Virus record (IMG/VR): IMGVR_UViG_638276483_000001
Coordinates: 46,866-110,865 of that record
DNA from: a virus
Taxonomy: Duplodnaviria > Caudoviricetes
Strand: one strand, 5' to 3'
DNA length: 64,000 nucleotides
The position numbers and the translations under genes are program-made. The notes under the pieces were generated by a model, which was not told the DNA's origin, made no database searches, and saw only the letters and a program-made list of their open reading frames with translations. Positions 21,785 to 32,763 of this stretch are shown here, one piece after another. Numbering within the stretch: the stretch's first letter is position 1; the number at the start of each line of letters is the position of its first letter.

Positions 21785-22339
21785 ATGGTGTCGGAACTTG
21801 CGGCGCGGATGACAACCAAGCACAGGCGGGACACCTCGTTGTTGATATATCCGGTAGCCCTTCGGGGCCGTAAAGATGGAGCCGAATTGGAATGGGACGA
21901 GGCCGGGCGCCCGGCCTATGCGATCAGGACCGGTTCGGGCGGATCGAGCAAGCCAATGGTCTGCGTTACCGGCAGTAGGGCCCACGCCTTGGCGTCTGAA
22001 GGTGCGGACGCTTCGGAGGATGGCACAGAAAGAGGTACGCCAATCGTTACGGCATTTCATGAGAATTCCAGGGCCGAGCTCCGACTCACCGATGTTGCGG
22101 GGAACCTGTCCACTGGGGGCGGGAAGCCGGGGCAGGGTTATGCGGCCATCATGGATCAGTATGGAGTCCGCCGACTCACCCCGCTTGAGTGCGAGCGGCT
22201 TCAGGGATACCCCGATGGATACACCGATAGGCAAAGCGACGCTCAGCGATATAGGCAGCTCGGAAATTCCGTTGCGATTCCATGTGTTCAGTGGATCGTC
22301 AACAGGCTTGTGGCGTTTGACCAGAAGGAATCGGAATAA
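21785..22339 (+). CDS. C5 methyltransferase C-terminal part (TRD-like modules plus motifs IX-X)
   Basis: RRLTPLECERLQGYPD, RYRQLGNSV. Confidence 0.85.
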   Translation: MVSELAARMTTKHRRDTSLLIYPVALRGRKDGAELEWDEAGRPAYAIRTGSGGSSKPMVCVTGSRAHALASEGADASEDGTERGTPIVTAFHENSRAELRLTDVAGNLSTGGGKPGQGYAAIMDQYGVRRLTPLECERLQGYPDGYTDRQSDAQRYRQLGNSVAIPCVQWIVNRLVAFDQKESE

Positions 22340-22659
22340 GCGAGAAGTGGTGCCGTCAGGTTGTCCAGGATCGGGCCGACGGCCTGTGTGAGCGCTGCGG
22401 CCGAGGCGGGGGCACCACTCTTCACCACCGGAGAAACCGCAGTCAAATGCCCAAGTCACGCCATTGGGAGCCGGCGAATTGTTCGATGCTCTGTGGCGAC
22501 GGCGTGCGTGGATGTCACGGCTGGGTCACCGCTAATCCCAAGTCTGCGGCCGAAGAAGGCTGGCACGTCAAGCCCTGGGAGGAGCCCGAGGAAATCCCGG
22601 TGAAGCGCCTCGGCGAATGGGTCCTCTTGGGCCAGGACGGCTCGATCAACAAACCATAG
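22336..22659 (+). CDS. Small HNH endonuclease; proposed ATA start
   Basis: Frame upstream of ATG 22447 encodes DRADGLCERCG...LHHRRNRSQ, completing the HNH fold with NCSMLCG...CH. Confidence 0.7.
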   Translation: MSEKWCRQVVQDRADGLCERCGRGGGTTLHHRRNRSQMPKSRHWEPANCSMLCGDGVRGCHGWVTANPKSAAEEGWHVKPWEEPEEIPVKRLGEWVLLGQDGSINKP

Positions 22660-24271
22660 GAGAAGCGATGACCGCTCCAGCGACCATCTCCGTAACCGAG
22701 ATGGAAGAGATGTTCTCGTGGGAGATCCCCTGTGGGGGGAATCGATTCCCCTTCGCCCGGGAGTGCCCGGAGCAGGCCGCTGCCACCCTGGTGAACTCCC
22801 ACTCCATCGAGTGCGAGGGCGACAAGCCGGTTTTCTATAAGTGCGACTTCTGCTATTCGATCTGGCTGCGCGGCCACCGAGACAAGAAGGTTACCGCGAT
22901 CACCTGCCTCTGCGGACTTGTAATCCCCTTGGAAGACCTTTACGTGAGGATCTGATGCACAAGCAAACCACCCTCACGCACTGGTCGGGTGAGATCGAAG
23001 TCGACGAGGGTATCGCCGGCCTCATTCAGAAACTCTGGGTTCGCGGGGTTCTGACCGAATTCTCCTGTCAAGGCCACGGGGATAGCCCCGCCTACATCAT
23101 GTTCACCGACCTGGATGAGGCGATTGAATTCGCCACCGAATCGGTGGAGGCCACGGGGATGTACGAGTTCGACATCGCCGTCTTCCCACCGTCGAGAAAT
23201 GACTATCCCCGCGGGCGGGTGACATTCCCCACGGACTATATCGAAGCATTGGAGCAGGTTTGGTGAGCGACGCCCTGGGTGATCGAATCAAGCGCACGCC
23301 CGGCGGAGCGCTGGCGACATGCCAGGTTAGTGGTTGCTCGGTTTCCGGGCGCCAATGGAAGCATGACACCGGCCTGACATTAGATCAGGTCCGTCAATAG
23401 ATTGAGGTTTGACATGTACGGCAGCTATGAGAACTTCGGCCTCACCGAGGTCGTCGAGGCGTCCACCTATCGGGAGTACTACGACTGGCGTTGCCTCGGC
23501 GTCTGGTGGCATGAAGAAACCCAGTCCTATCGCGTCTCCACCGACGGGGGTTGCTCCTGCTCCTCCCCGTGGGAGTATCACCGGGCGCTGGACGACTTCG
23601 GCCGCCCCCTGACCTTCGCTGAGGCCCGCAAGGCCATTCAGGATGAGTACTTCGACGCGAATTGCTTCGACGATAAGCTGCGCGCCATCGACAAGCTCAC
23701 TGAATTCGAGCAGGCCCGGTGAGACTTGAGGCGACCATTGACCTCGGGGGCGACTCCGACTGCGAAACCTGCGGATATTCGTACAACCACATCGCCTACA
23801 CCTATGACACGGTGACGGGCCTCCACACGGCTGGTGCACAGTACGGCTGCACGGGGTCCGATGGTGTCAGCAATGTCGACGGGCGCGAGATGGTGAAATT
23901 CCTCGCCGCGCACCTCAACAACGAGGGTCGCGCCGAGGTCCAGGAGCTTATTGAATGGGTGAAGTCTCAATGAACCTTCAGCCCGGATCTCAAATCATCT
24001 ACAAGCGCGGCAATGACGAGTGGTCGGCAGTTGTCGACAGCGTTGAATACACCTCGTCAACCCCTGCCGTCTACGCGGAGTTGACGAGGCGGCAGAAGAT
24101 CCTGCGCGCGCTCACCCCCAAGCGCTGGCGCAAGCCCATTCCGATCGTTCGGGAGGCCCGGGGGCCGGAGATCCGAATCAACACCGTGGACATGTGGCAT
24201 CAGCGGCGGCGCGATGAGCGTCTAGCCGAATGGCTGGACGCGCCCCCGGCGCCCGATGAATAGGAATTGAT

Positions 24272-25225
24272 ATGGCCACAAAGCTGTGGGCAATGAGGGG
24301 CTTTAGCGGAAGCGGGAAGAGCCGCCGGGCCCGGGAAATCGCCGACCAGAACGACGCCGTCGTCGTCAACCGAGACATGCTCCGCATGCAACTCCTCGGC
24401 GAATGGTGGACGGGAGATAAAGAAGATGAGGATCGCGTTACCATTGCCGAGGAGGCGCAAGTTGTCGCTTTCCTCAAGTCCGAGACCTCGGTCGTTATCG
24501 ACAATACGCACATCAACCCTGCTTATCTCCGTAAGTGGGCGCGCCTTGCGACGCGTCTGGGTGTTGAGTTTGAGGTAGTCGACGTCCACGCCGACGTGGA
24601 TGAGTGCAAGCGCCGCGTCTACCAGCGCTGGGAAAACGAGATGGGCACACCCCTCGCCCGGTATCTGGACCCCAAGGTGATTGAGCAACAGGCCAAGCGC
24701 TTCCCGGTGGAGAAGTGGCCGGTGGTGACCGCAGAGCCGTTCATTCCGGAGCCCGCGGAATACGACGGCACCCTTTTTAAAGCTATCTTGGTGGACATCG
24801 ACGGCACCGTTTCCAGGAACGTCAGTCGGTCGCACTACGACTACACGAAAGTCCTCGAGGACGAGGTTCACGAGGAGATCGCCTGGTTGGTGAGGGTGCT
24901 GTTCCAGCTTCGGTACTTCACCCACGGCCAGGAAGAGCCCGAGATCATCTTCATGTCGGGCCGCGATCACACCTGTTACGACGACACGGTTGCATGGCTG
25001 AATCAGCATGACATCCCGTTCGATCGTCTGATCATGCGCCCGGCCGACGCCAAGGATGAGTGCGGAAATAAGCTCCCCGATTACCTAGTCAAGTACCGGC
25101 TTTTCAATGAGCATATCCGGGACAAATTCGACGTTCTTTTCGTGCTGGATGACCGCCAGCAGGTTGTGGACATGTGGCGAAAACTCGGACTGAAATGCCT
25201 TCAGGTAGCCCCGGGGGATTTCTAA
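24272..25225 (+). CDS. pnk: Polynucleotide 5'-kinase/3'-phosphatase (T4 Pnkp-like)
   Basis: GFSGSGKS P-loop plus RD; HAD motif DIDGT; SGR; DDR. Confidence 0.92.
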   Translation: MATKLWAMRGFSGSGKSRRAREIADQNDAVVVNRDMLRMQLLGEWWTGDKEDEDRVTIAEEAQVVAFLKSETSVVIDNTHINPAYLRKWARLATRLGVEFEVVDVHADVDECKRRVYQRWENEMGTPLARYLDPKVIEQQAKRFPVEKWPVVTAEPFIPEPAEYDGTLFKAILVDIDGTVSRNVSRSHYDYTKVLEDEVHEEIAWLVRVLFQLRYFTHGQEEPEIIFMSGRDHTCYDDTVAWLNQHDIPFDRLIMRPADAKDECGNKLPDYLVKYRLFNEHIRDKFDVLFVLDDRQQVVDMWRKLGLKCLQVAPGDF

Positions 25226-25328
25226 ATGGAATTTCTCAGAATGTGGTTAATGCTGGTGATCATTTTCTTCTTATCGGTTATCGCCGCAAAGCTTGATCAG
25301 ATCATCGAACTTCTTTCAAGGTAGGCCA

Positions 25329-25811
25329 TTGAGCGACGCTGCAAAAGGCAACCCCGGATACCGAAGCCGGGATCGCCAACACAAGCGCAAACCGTGTGTC
25401 GATTGCGTAGCGGAGGGGATAACCACCAATCGTCCCGCCGATTATCCTGGGCCGCGCTGCTGGAGTCACGACAAGGCGAAGAAGCGTGAGCGTAAGGCTA
25501 AGGCCAGAGCGCGGCGCTGGGATAGCATCTACGGGATAACCCCTGATGAATACGCCGCAATTCTAGAAGAGCAGGGTGGGCGTTGCGCCCTATGCCAGAG
25601 GGCCAATGGGACCACGAAGGCATTAGCAGTTGAACATGACCATAAAACCGGCGTGGTGAGGGGCATTTGCTGCGGCCCCTGCAACCTCGGCGTGCTTGGC
25701 CATGCTCGCGACGATATCGCGTTCTTCGAGCGCGCGATCGACTACCTGAATTCCCCGCCGGCGGTTCGCGCCATCGGGATCAGGGTTGTCCCTGACCATA
25801 TCGAGGAGTAA
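25329..25811 (+). CDS. Endonuclease VII-family protein
   Basis: YGIT..EY..IL..QGGRCALC, VEHDH.TG.VRGICC..CN. Confidence 0.85.
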   Translation: MSDAAKGNPGYRSRDRQHKRKPCVDCVAEGITTNRPADYPGPRCWSHDKAKKRERKAKARARRWDSIYGITPDEYAAILEEQGGRCALCQRANGTTKALAVEHDHKTGVVRGICCGPCNLGVLGHARDDIAFFERAIDYLNSPPAVRAIGIRVVPDHIEE

Positions 25812-25814
25812 TTC

Positions 25815-26045
25815 ATGACCACAACCCCCTGCTTCGGGAAATCGGACATCTTCTGCGATGAAAACGAGAACGGCGGGAAGGGCGCCGCGGAGGCCAAGAA
25901 GATCTGCTGGTCCCAATGCAACCGCCGAGAGAAGTGCCTCGAGGAGGCGTTGAGGTTCGAGGAGCATGAGCCGGTGCGCCTCGGGGTGTGGGGCGGCCTC
26001 AGCGCCAATGAACGAAACAAGATCTACGGCCGAAAGTCTTCATGA
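25815..26045 (+). CDS. whiB: WhiB-family transcription factor
   Basis: Four Cys, AKKIC..C....CL..AL, GVWGG. Confidence 0.9.
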   Translation: MTTTPCFGKSDIFCDENENGGKGAAEAKKICWSQCNRREKCLEEALRFEEHEPVRLGVWGGLSANERNKIYGRKSS

Positions 26046-26842
26046 GTCAGTGCGCTGCATCTCCGAATTGTTCCAAGACTCCATCGAAGTTTAAGCGGGG
26101 CATGTGCGGCGCCCACCATCGAGCTTATCTGCGGCGCGCCAGGGACGAGGGGGTGTGGCGGGGGCATGTGCCCGCTGGGCCAGTCCAGGAGCATCTAAAA
26201 GCCCTGGCCGATGCCGGGGTGAGCGCTCAACGCGTCTCGTGGGTTACGGGGTTAAGCCTGAACACTCTCCTTCAGATTCCCGAGCGGGAGACTCTTTGGT
26301 CGACGACCGCCGACAAGATTCTTGCCGTCCGGGTGGATGGGAATTTCCGCGAGGGCGGCAGGGGCATGATCCCCGTTCTTGGGTCTCGGCGGCGGCTGCA
26401 GTCCCTGCACTCCCGCGGCTTCACGGTCGTCCACTTGGCCGAGCGCCTCGGCATGAGTATTACCGCTACGACCAGAATTTTGCGCCCTGATGATCCGCGC
26501 TCGGTGGACAGGGTGGAGTCGGGGACGGCGCGCAAGATCGACGCCCTGTGGCGCGAGCTGCAACTTGCTGCCCCGCCGCAGGGCGCGGCGTGCACCAAGG
26601 CTCGCAGGCGTGCGGCAAAGCTCGGCTGGCCGGACCCCCTGGCCTGGGAAGAGAACGAGATCGATGACCCGCGGGCCCGGCCCCGCATCGATCCCACCCT
26701 CCTCACCAAGGGGCGACTCGAGGAGTACAAGAGGCTCCGCGACGAGGGCCTCACCAAGAAGGAAATCGCCAAGCGGTTCGGCCTGAATGAATCCACTCTC
26801 TACGACTGGATCAACCGCCAGAAGAAAAAGGGAAACCTATGA
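26042..26842 (+). CDS. Multi-HTH DNA-binding protein
   Basis: C-terminal GLTKKEIAKRFGLNESTLYDW HTH plus two internal HTH-like segments. Confidence 0.7.
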   Translation: MSQCAASPNCSKTPSKFKRGMCGAHHRAYLRRARDEGVWRGHVPAGPVQEHLKALADAGVSAQRVSWVTGLSLNTLLQIPERETLWSTTADKILAVRVDGNFREGGRGMIPVLGSRRRLQSLHSRGFTVVHLAERLGMSITATTRILRPDDPRSVDRVESGTARKIDALWRELQLAAPPQGAACTKARRRAAKLGWPDPLAWEENEIDDPRARPRIDPTLLTKGRLEEYKRLRDEGLTKKEIAKRFGLNESTLYDWINRQKKKGNL

Positions 26843-27063
26843 GCATCTACTTCGAGATCCCCGAAGGGCAAATGATCGAAGGCGTATTCGAGGTGGGGCC
26901 CGGCGCCAACATCCGGGAATTAGCCCCCGGTAAGTATGCGATCCTCCCCGACCTCAACGCCCCCTCGGGGGGCTGGACCCCATTCAACGCCGACGGCGAG
27001 ATTGACTCCGAACGCCTCGCGGCCGAGGGCTGGGCGGTCCTCGGAACTATGCAGGAGGAGTAA

Positions 27064-27612
27064 TTGGACGACAGCGATCACCGCTGCCATTCCGGAGAAT
27101 ACTGCGTAGCCCTCACCCCCGATGGGGCGGCGCTCACCACCCGCATGGACACCCTGTGCCACGGATGCATCACGCGACTGCAAGAGCAGTACGACGAACT
27201 CCGGGTCATCAGGAAAGTCCTGGAGATGTTCAAGGGCGGACTGTGGGGGCAATCCGGCGAGGCCAAAGTCTCGTCCTCGTCGGAGCCCTCACCGCCGCTG
27301 AATGTCCACGCATTGGACGTCATCAACGAGGTCGAAGAAGTCCTCGAGGATGTCGGCTCACTGCCCGTGGCGGATTTGGTGAGACATGAGAACGGCGTCT
27401 CCCGATCGTTGCGCATCGGGAAAGCGTGGCGCCAGTCCGACGGCATCATCGGCATCTCCCGGGTGTGGAGCCGGCGCTTTGCCAACTGTCCGGAATGCGA
27501 GCAAAGAACCCTTGGGTGTTATGCGGGGAGTGAATCAATCGAATGCGCTTCTTGCAACATCCGACTGACCCGGGACGAGTATTCCGTCCTCTGCCTTCAA
27601 TCCCTTAAATAA
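27064..27612 (+). CDS. Zn-binding hypothetical protein
   Basis: CxxC pairs at both ends. Confidence 0.6.
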   Translation: MDDSDHRCHSGEYCVALTPDGAALTTRMDTLCHGCITRLQEQYDELRVIRKVLEMFKGGLWGQSGEAKVSSSSEPSPPLNVHALDVINEVEEVLEDVGSLPVADLVRHENGVSRSLRIGKAWRQSDGIIGISRVWSRRFANCPECEQRTLGCYAGSESIECASCNIRLTRDEYSVLCLQSLK

Positions 27613-28062
27613 GGAGGGCCCGTGACGGATGTGGCCCAAATCCCCTTCAAATACGTCCAAGACCGGATCGTCGAACTCGCCAAAGAACAGCCCTGGCGGA
27701 AGTCCATCGGCGCGTACTTCATCTCCGGTCAACCCGAGTGCATCATCGGGCATGTCCTGGCCGATATCGGCATCGGCGCCGACGGCACCCGCCTGGTCAA
27801 CCGGAAAGGTGTCCCCACGTTCTCGGTCGGCCACCTGGCGGACACCTTCGACTGGAACGAGCTCGGCGTCCAAACCCCCACCCGCCGACAGATCGGCTGG
27901 GTACAGGTCGTCCAGTCCCGCCAGGACTGCGGGGACACCTGGGGCGAAGCCGTAAAGAGAGCGGGAAAGCGATGAAGAAACTGTATCGCCGGGTCTCGGC
28001 ATATCTCTGGTACCTCTACTGGCGAATCACCGGCCGGTAACTCCAACAAAAGAAGGAAATCA

Positions 28063-28749
28063 ATGAGCCTTAGCAAGCCTCACACCAGCAACTCGCCCGT
28101 ACGCCGGTGGTTCAAAATCAAGGGAACCAAGGGTGGCGGCATCACCTACTGGGATAAGTCCGCGGAAGCGGAGCGCGAGGTCGCCACCCCGTTCCATTTC
28201 GTGGTGCTCGACACCCTGAATGCCATCTCGGGGTTCCACAAGCCAAGCAACACCGGCATCCGCAGCAACGAGATCCGCGACACTCGCAACGAGCGTCTGG
28301 TGGTCCGCGCGGGTGCCACCGTGCTCGCCGAGGGCCTCTACAACGACATCAAGGACGTAATGAAGGGCAAGGGCGGCAAGTTCGCCAATAGCGTTTACAT
28401 TGCGTTCAAGGATGGCGACGACCTGGCGATCGGCAACATCCTTCTCGCCGGCGCCGCCCTGTCCGAGTTCTTCGACTTCAAGAAGGGCAAGAATCTCGAC
28501 AACGAGCCCGGTGTCGCCATTACCGGATTCGACGGGCCCCACCTTTCCGGGACGAACGAATACTGGAAACCCGTCTTCGGCTCCTGGACCCCGAGCGACC
28601 TGAACTCGGCCATCGCCCTCGACGAGACCCTTCAGGCGTACCTGGATGGCTCGGGTCAGCCGGAGGAGTCCGCGGCGGCCGACACCCCGTCGCAGGGGTC
28701 GTTCGGCGCTGCCGACGAGAGCCCCTGGGACGACACCCCGCCCTTCTGA
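28063..28749 (+). CDS. Probable ssDNA-binding protein
   Basis: Acidic tail ending DDTPPF; next to the primase. Confidence 0.55.
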   Translation: MSLSKPHTSNSPVRRWFKIKGTKGGGITYWDKSAEAEREVATPFHFVVLDTLNAISGFHKPSNTGIRSNEIRDTRNERLVVRAGATVLAEGLYNDIKDVMKGKGGKFANSVYIAFKDGDDLAIGNILLAGAALSEFFDFKKGKNLDNEPGVAITGFDGPHLSGTNEYWKPVFGSWTPSDLNSAIALDETLQAYLDGSGQPEESAAADTPSQGSFGAADESPWDDTPPF

Positions 28750-28767
28750 CAGTTTTGAGGAATCTCA

Positions 28768-29427
28768 TTGCTTACTTACAGCCAATGCCAACAATGCAAC
28801 GGGATTCTCCAGGTGACCTGGGTGGGTCAGCAGACCCATCCGGGTTGCCCACAAACCGAGGAAGAGTTGAAGCTTCGGGAATTCGTTGACGCCATTCAGC
28901 GGGGCGACGAGGCCGCGGCCGACAAACTCGAGGCGGAACTCAATAGGCCCAAGCCCGCGAAGCTGGGGCCCGCCGCCCTCTGGTACGCGAAGAGGGCGGG
29001 CTGGGCGGTCTTCCCACTCGTGCCAGGCGAGAAGCGGCCGGCCACCAAGAACGGCTTCAAGGATGCGACCCGCGACGAGGCTCAGATCCGGAAGTGGTGG
29101 ACGGAGAACCCGAATTACAATATTGGCCTCCCGACCGGGAGGGCCGCGGGCTTCGACGTGGTAGATATCGACGGGCCCGAGGGGATGAAATCCCTAGCCG
29201 AGCTGGGCGAGGGCGTCCTGCCCGACGTGCATGGAAAAGTCGCAACCCCGAGGGGCTTCCACTTGTATGTGGCGGGGACCGACGACGGCAATCGTGCCGG
29301 CGTGCGCCCCGGTATCGACTATCGATCGACTGGCGGCTTTGTTGTCGCCGTCCCCTCGGTCGTAAACGGGAAGCAATATTCGTGGGTCGTGAGACCTTCG
29401 CCGGAGATCCTGAAGGGCGCGAAATGA
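28768..29427 (+). CDS. Bifunctional primase/polymerase (Prim-Pol) domain protein
   Basis: GWAVFPL.PGEKRP, NIGLPTG, VVDID, TPRGFHLY, GIDYR..GGFVVA. Confidence 0.9.
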   Translation: MLTYSQCQQCNGILQVTWVGQQTHPGCPQTEEELKLREFVDAIQRGDEAAADKLEAELNRPKPAKLGPAALWYAKRAGWAVFPLVPGEKRPATKNGFKDATRDEAQIRKWWTENPNYNIGLPTGRAAGFDVVDIDGPEGMKSLAELGEGVLPDVHGKVATPRGFHLYVAGTDDGNRAGVRPGIDYRSTGGFVVAVPSVVNGKQYSWVVRPSPEILKGAK

Positions 29428-30110
29428 CCACCCGCTTCAGAACCTGGTGGCTGGGCCTCCCGTTCCCGCTCTGGACCCTCAGCGCGTGTAAGCCCTTCTC
29501 GCCTTGGTGCTTTGTCGAGGAGGTGCTCTCGGCCGCGTTCCCGCTCACCTTCGGGTGGTGCGATCCGGATAACGGGCTGTGGCACGAGACCTTTATGGGC
29601 GAGTGGATTCACGACAAGCACAACGCCGCCATTGAGAAGCATTACGACAAGAGGGATCGGTGACCGTCGAAGATATCGAAGACTCCGTCGGCGTATTCGT
29701 CGGTAGCGAGATCCTCGACTACGACGAAGAAAACGACGTCATCTACTACGTGATGTATTACCGCCCGATAGGGGATTGAAAATGAAAACGGTCATTAGCG
29801 AAATGATTAATTGGCCAGTGGCGGAGCCGGGCGACTTCGACACCATCGACCTCGATCAGCGCTTCTTCGTTATGGAGGATGAGGATGGCGACCGCTATTA
29901 CGCCTTCGGCCACGTGTCAGAGCAGGAAATGTACGCCGAGGTTAATCGCTACCTACGTCACATGCTTCCGTCTGGCGATTTCGATGATGCCGAGTGGGGC
30001 GGTCTGCAGCATGTCTACGCGAAGTTTGTTGACCGCGATGGCGAGCGCTTCAGATGGGGTGCGGCACCCGAGGACCCACACGCCTTCCCGATGACGGTAG
30101 CGACACTCTG

Positions 30111-30449
30111 ATGGCCGGAACAATCCAGATCGAATTTCCCGACTGCGGGGAAATCAACAGCAACGACACCGGCCAGCACATCGTGGTGCAGACCGATAAT
30201 TGCGTGGCCGTGCCGCCGGGGCCTCCACCGGTCATCTCTTGGTGGGAAACCCTGATTATCGGCATTGTTGCATTGTCGGTGATCATCGGCGCCGCCATCG
30301 TCCGATACCGCGCCCACGAGCTGAAGCCGGAGCGTCTGGAGCAGAAGCGCCTCGCGCGCAAGCAGGAGATCGACGGACAGGTCGAGATAGCCAAGGCGCG
30401 CAAGGTGTGCCGCACCTGCGGCGACAAATACGAACCGGAGCTGAAGTGA
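30111..30449 (+). CDS. Membrane protein with C-terminal Zn ribbon
   Basis: One TM helix; CRTC at C-terminus. Confidence 0.6.
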   Translation: MAGTIQIEFPDCGEINSNDTGQHIVVQTDNCVAVPPGPPPVISWWETLIIGIVALSVIIGAAIVRYRAHELKPERLEQKRLARKQEIDGQVEIAKARKVCRTCGDKYEPELK

Positions 30450-31344
30450 TGGAATCCGCAGAAGACATTCTCCGTGAACTCGCCCAACCCCTCGACCCCG
30501 ACGCCCGGATGCAAGCCTACTACTACGGCTTTGAGCCCACGGGGCTGGCGGTGATCGACCGCATTCTCTCAGCAGTGGCTATCGCAGGGAAGCGATGCCA
30601 TCGCACGGAGGACTGGAACGACCCGTGGGGTGACGAGATGACCGAAGAGGATCGAATTCAGATGGCGGCCGAGGAATCTGCCGAGCAGATCCGCAAACTC
30701 CTCGCCGTGGCGGAGTTGCTTCTCGTGGATCAAATGGAGCGGGAATGACATTTGGATGCGCGCGCTGCGACAAGCGCTGGGGCGGGATGAACACCGCCCA
30801 CTGTGGCGGGTGCCATGAAACCTTCACCGGGCTGTCCGCTTTTGACAAGCACCGCATCGGCCCACACTCCGACCGGTCATGCCTCCACCCCGCCACAGCG
30901 GTGAATGAAATCCCCGACTCGGACGATTTCGGCGAGAAGTTGTTCAAGCGGTCCGGCCGCGATTACCCCTGCTGGTCCCTGGCGGGGGATATGCCCGAAT
31001 TCTGGAGCAAGGCGTGAATACCATCCCGCCGCCGCGGCCACCCATCGAACCCGAATACGAGGATGTCGACTCATTCCCCGACCAAGCCCACGACTGGGGT
31101 GGCGAATGGGAAGAGGGTTACCACGGCGGATTCGTCTGCAACGCCTGCAAAGAATGTTCCGATTGCTCATGGTGCGATCAGGACGTCCCTGACGGTGTGG
31201 ATTGCCTCCGGAATCAAGCCGATATGCGCAACCGGATAAAGCGCATCGCTTACAACAGGGCCCTTTTGCGCTACGAAGCCCAGATGGACTACTACCGCGA
31301 GATCACGGGGTCCGATTAATCGCTCGACTCAGGAGGGTTTCAAA

Positions 31345-32763
31345 ATAGACGGATTCCTTTCCCGGATTGAGCCGAAGAAAGAACCCTCTCCACGCCCGTC
31401 CGGGCCCGTAACCCTACCCAATGACGCCTACACCAAAAAGGCTGTTGAAGATGAGTTGAGAGACCTTTCCCTCATAGGGGAGGGCGGACGCAATTCCGCC
31501 CTCAATAATGCTGCGCTGAAACTCGGACGCCTTCCTATTTCCAGGGAAGATCTCCGGAAGCTGCTGATCGACGCCTGCTACTCCAACGGCCTCGTTGACG
31601 ACGACGGGCTCAACTCGGTCGAGGCCACCATCGAATCGGCCTTCAGCAAGGCCGACAGGGATGGACCGCGGATGATCCCTGAGCGCCCCGATAAACCTTC
31701 CCCGGTGTCGACACCTTCAGCGCCGGCGAAACCCTCGGAGAATTCGCCTGAGCCCGCAGATAACCCGTTCGGCGACTTCCCGCCGATCGATGCGGCCACG
31801 TGGATGTTTGATTCGGGCGAGCCGCCGAAGCCGATCTGGGGCACCGACTCGGAGTGTTTATGGGCATCGGGGGAGAGCCTAATGCTGGCCGCCCCGCCCG
31901 GGCTAGGCAAGTCAACCCTTGCCGGCCGACTGGTTAGGGCTCAGCTGGGGCTGCAGGACTCCGTCCTGGGGCTCCCCGTGGCTCCGTCAGACAAGCCGAT
32001 CCTCTACCTTGCAGCCGACCGTCCGCGGCAGCTTCAGCGGTCGATGCTGAGGCAATTCAGCGAGGATGAGCGTTCCCTTATTTCTGGGAAATTGTTCATC
32101 CGCCCGGGGCCGCCCATCAACAACATTGCATCGGACCCGAGCCTTCTGCTGAGGATGGCGGAGGCGGTCGGGGCGGGCACCGTCTACATCGACTCCGTAA
32201 AGGACTTCGCGATAGGTCTGTCTAGCGACGAGGTCGGCGCGCTCTACAACCAGGCGCGCCAGTGGCTGGTGAGTGCAGGCATTGAAGTGTGTGAGTTGCA
32301 TCACATGAAGAAATTCAATGTCGATAGCACTGGTGGCATGGGGGATGTCTACGGCTCCACCTGGATCACCAGCGGAACGGGTTCCGTCATCGTTCTCGCC
32401 GGCGAGCCTGGCGACTTGGCAATCAGATTTCGCCATGTTCGCCAACCCGCGGACGAGGTTGGTCCATTCCACCTGCTTCTCAATCCCGACACGGGCGACT
32501 TTGAGGTGCGGCGGTGTGATCTCCTGGTCTCCGCAAAGAATGCCGGAGCGGGTGGCCTATCAGCCGAGACCGCGGCGATGGACCTTTACGAAACGAAGAA
32601 GCCGCGCCCCGCGCAAAAGGCGGCGGCCGAGCGCCAGCTGGGAAAGATGGTCGCAAAGGGGCTACTGATCAAGATGGATTCCCCTCACGGGGGCCCCGTC
32701 TGGTACCCGGCTGAGAGGCGATTCGACGAGCAGCCCCCAGCAAAGATGAACGGAATGTTCTAG
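31345..32763 (+). CDS. PriCT + AAA/RepA-type (SF4-like) helicase; proposed ATA start at 31345 (first canonical start TTG 31456)
   Basis: EGGRNSALN primase C-terminal motif; Walker A APPGLGKS; VYIDS; LHH.KK; GS. Confidence 0.85.
   Translation: MDGFLSRIEPKKEPSPRPSGPVTLPNDAYTKKAVEDELRDLSLIGEGGRNSALNNAALKLGRLPISREDLRKLLIDACYSNGLVDDDGLNSVEATIESAFSKADRDGPRMIPERPDKPSPVSTPSAPAKPSENSPEPADNPFGDFPPIDAATWMFDSGEPPKPIWGTDSECLWASGESLMLAAPPGLGKSTLAGRLVRAQLGLQDSVLGLPVAPSDKPILYLAADRPRQLQRSMLRQFSEDERSLISGKLFIRPGPPINNIASDPSLLLRMAEAVGAGTVYIDSVKDFAIGLSSDEVGALYNQARQWLVSAGIEVCELHHMKKFNVDSTGGMGDVYGSTWITSGTGSVIVLAGEPGDLAIRFRHVRQPADEVGPFHLLLNPDTGDFEVRRCDLLVSAKNAGAGGLSAETAAMDLYETKKPRPAQKAAAERQLGKMVAKGLLIKMDSPHGGPVWYPAERRFDEQPPAKMNGMF

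Noticed and set aside
23263-23383. Thg1-like remnant (MSDALGDRIKR)
   Set aside because: Only about 10 residues of resemblance, too short to support
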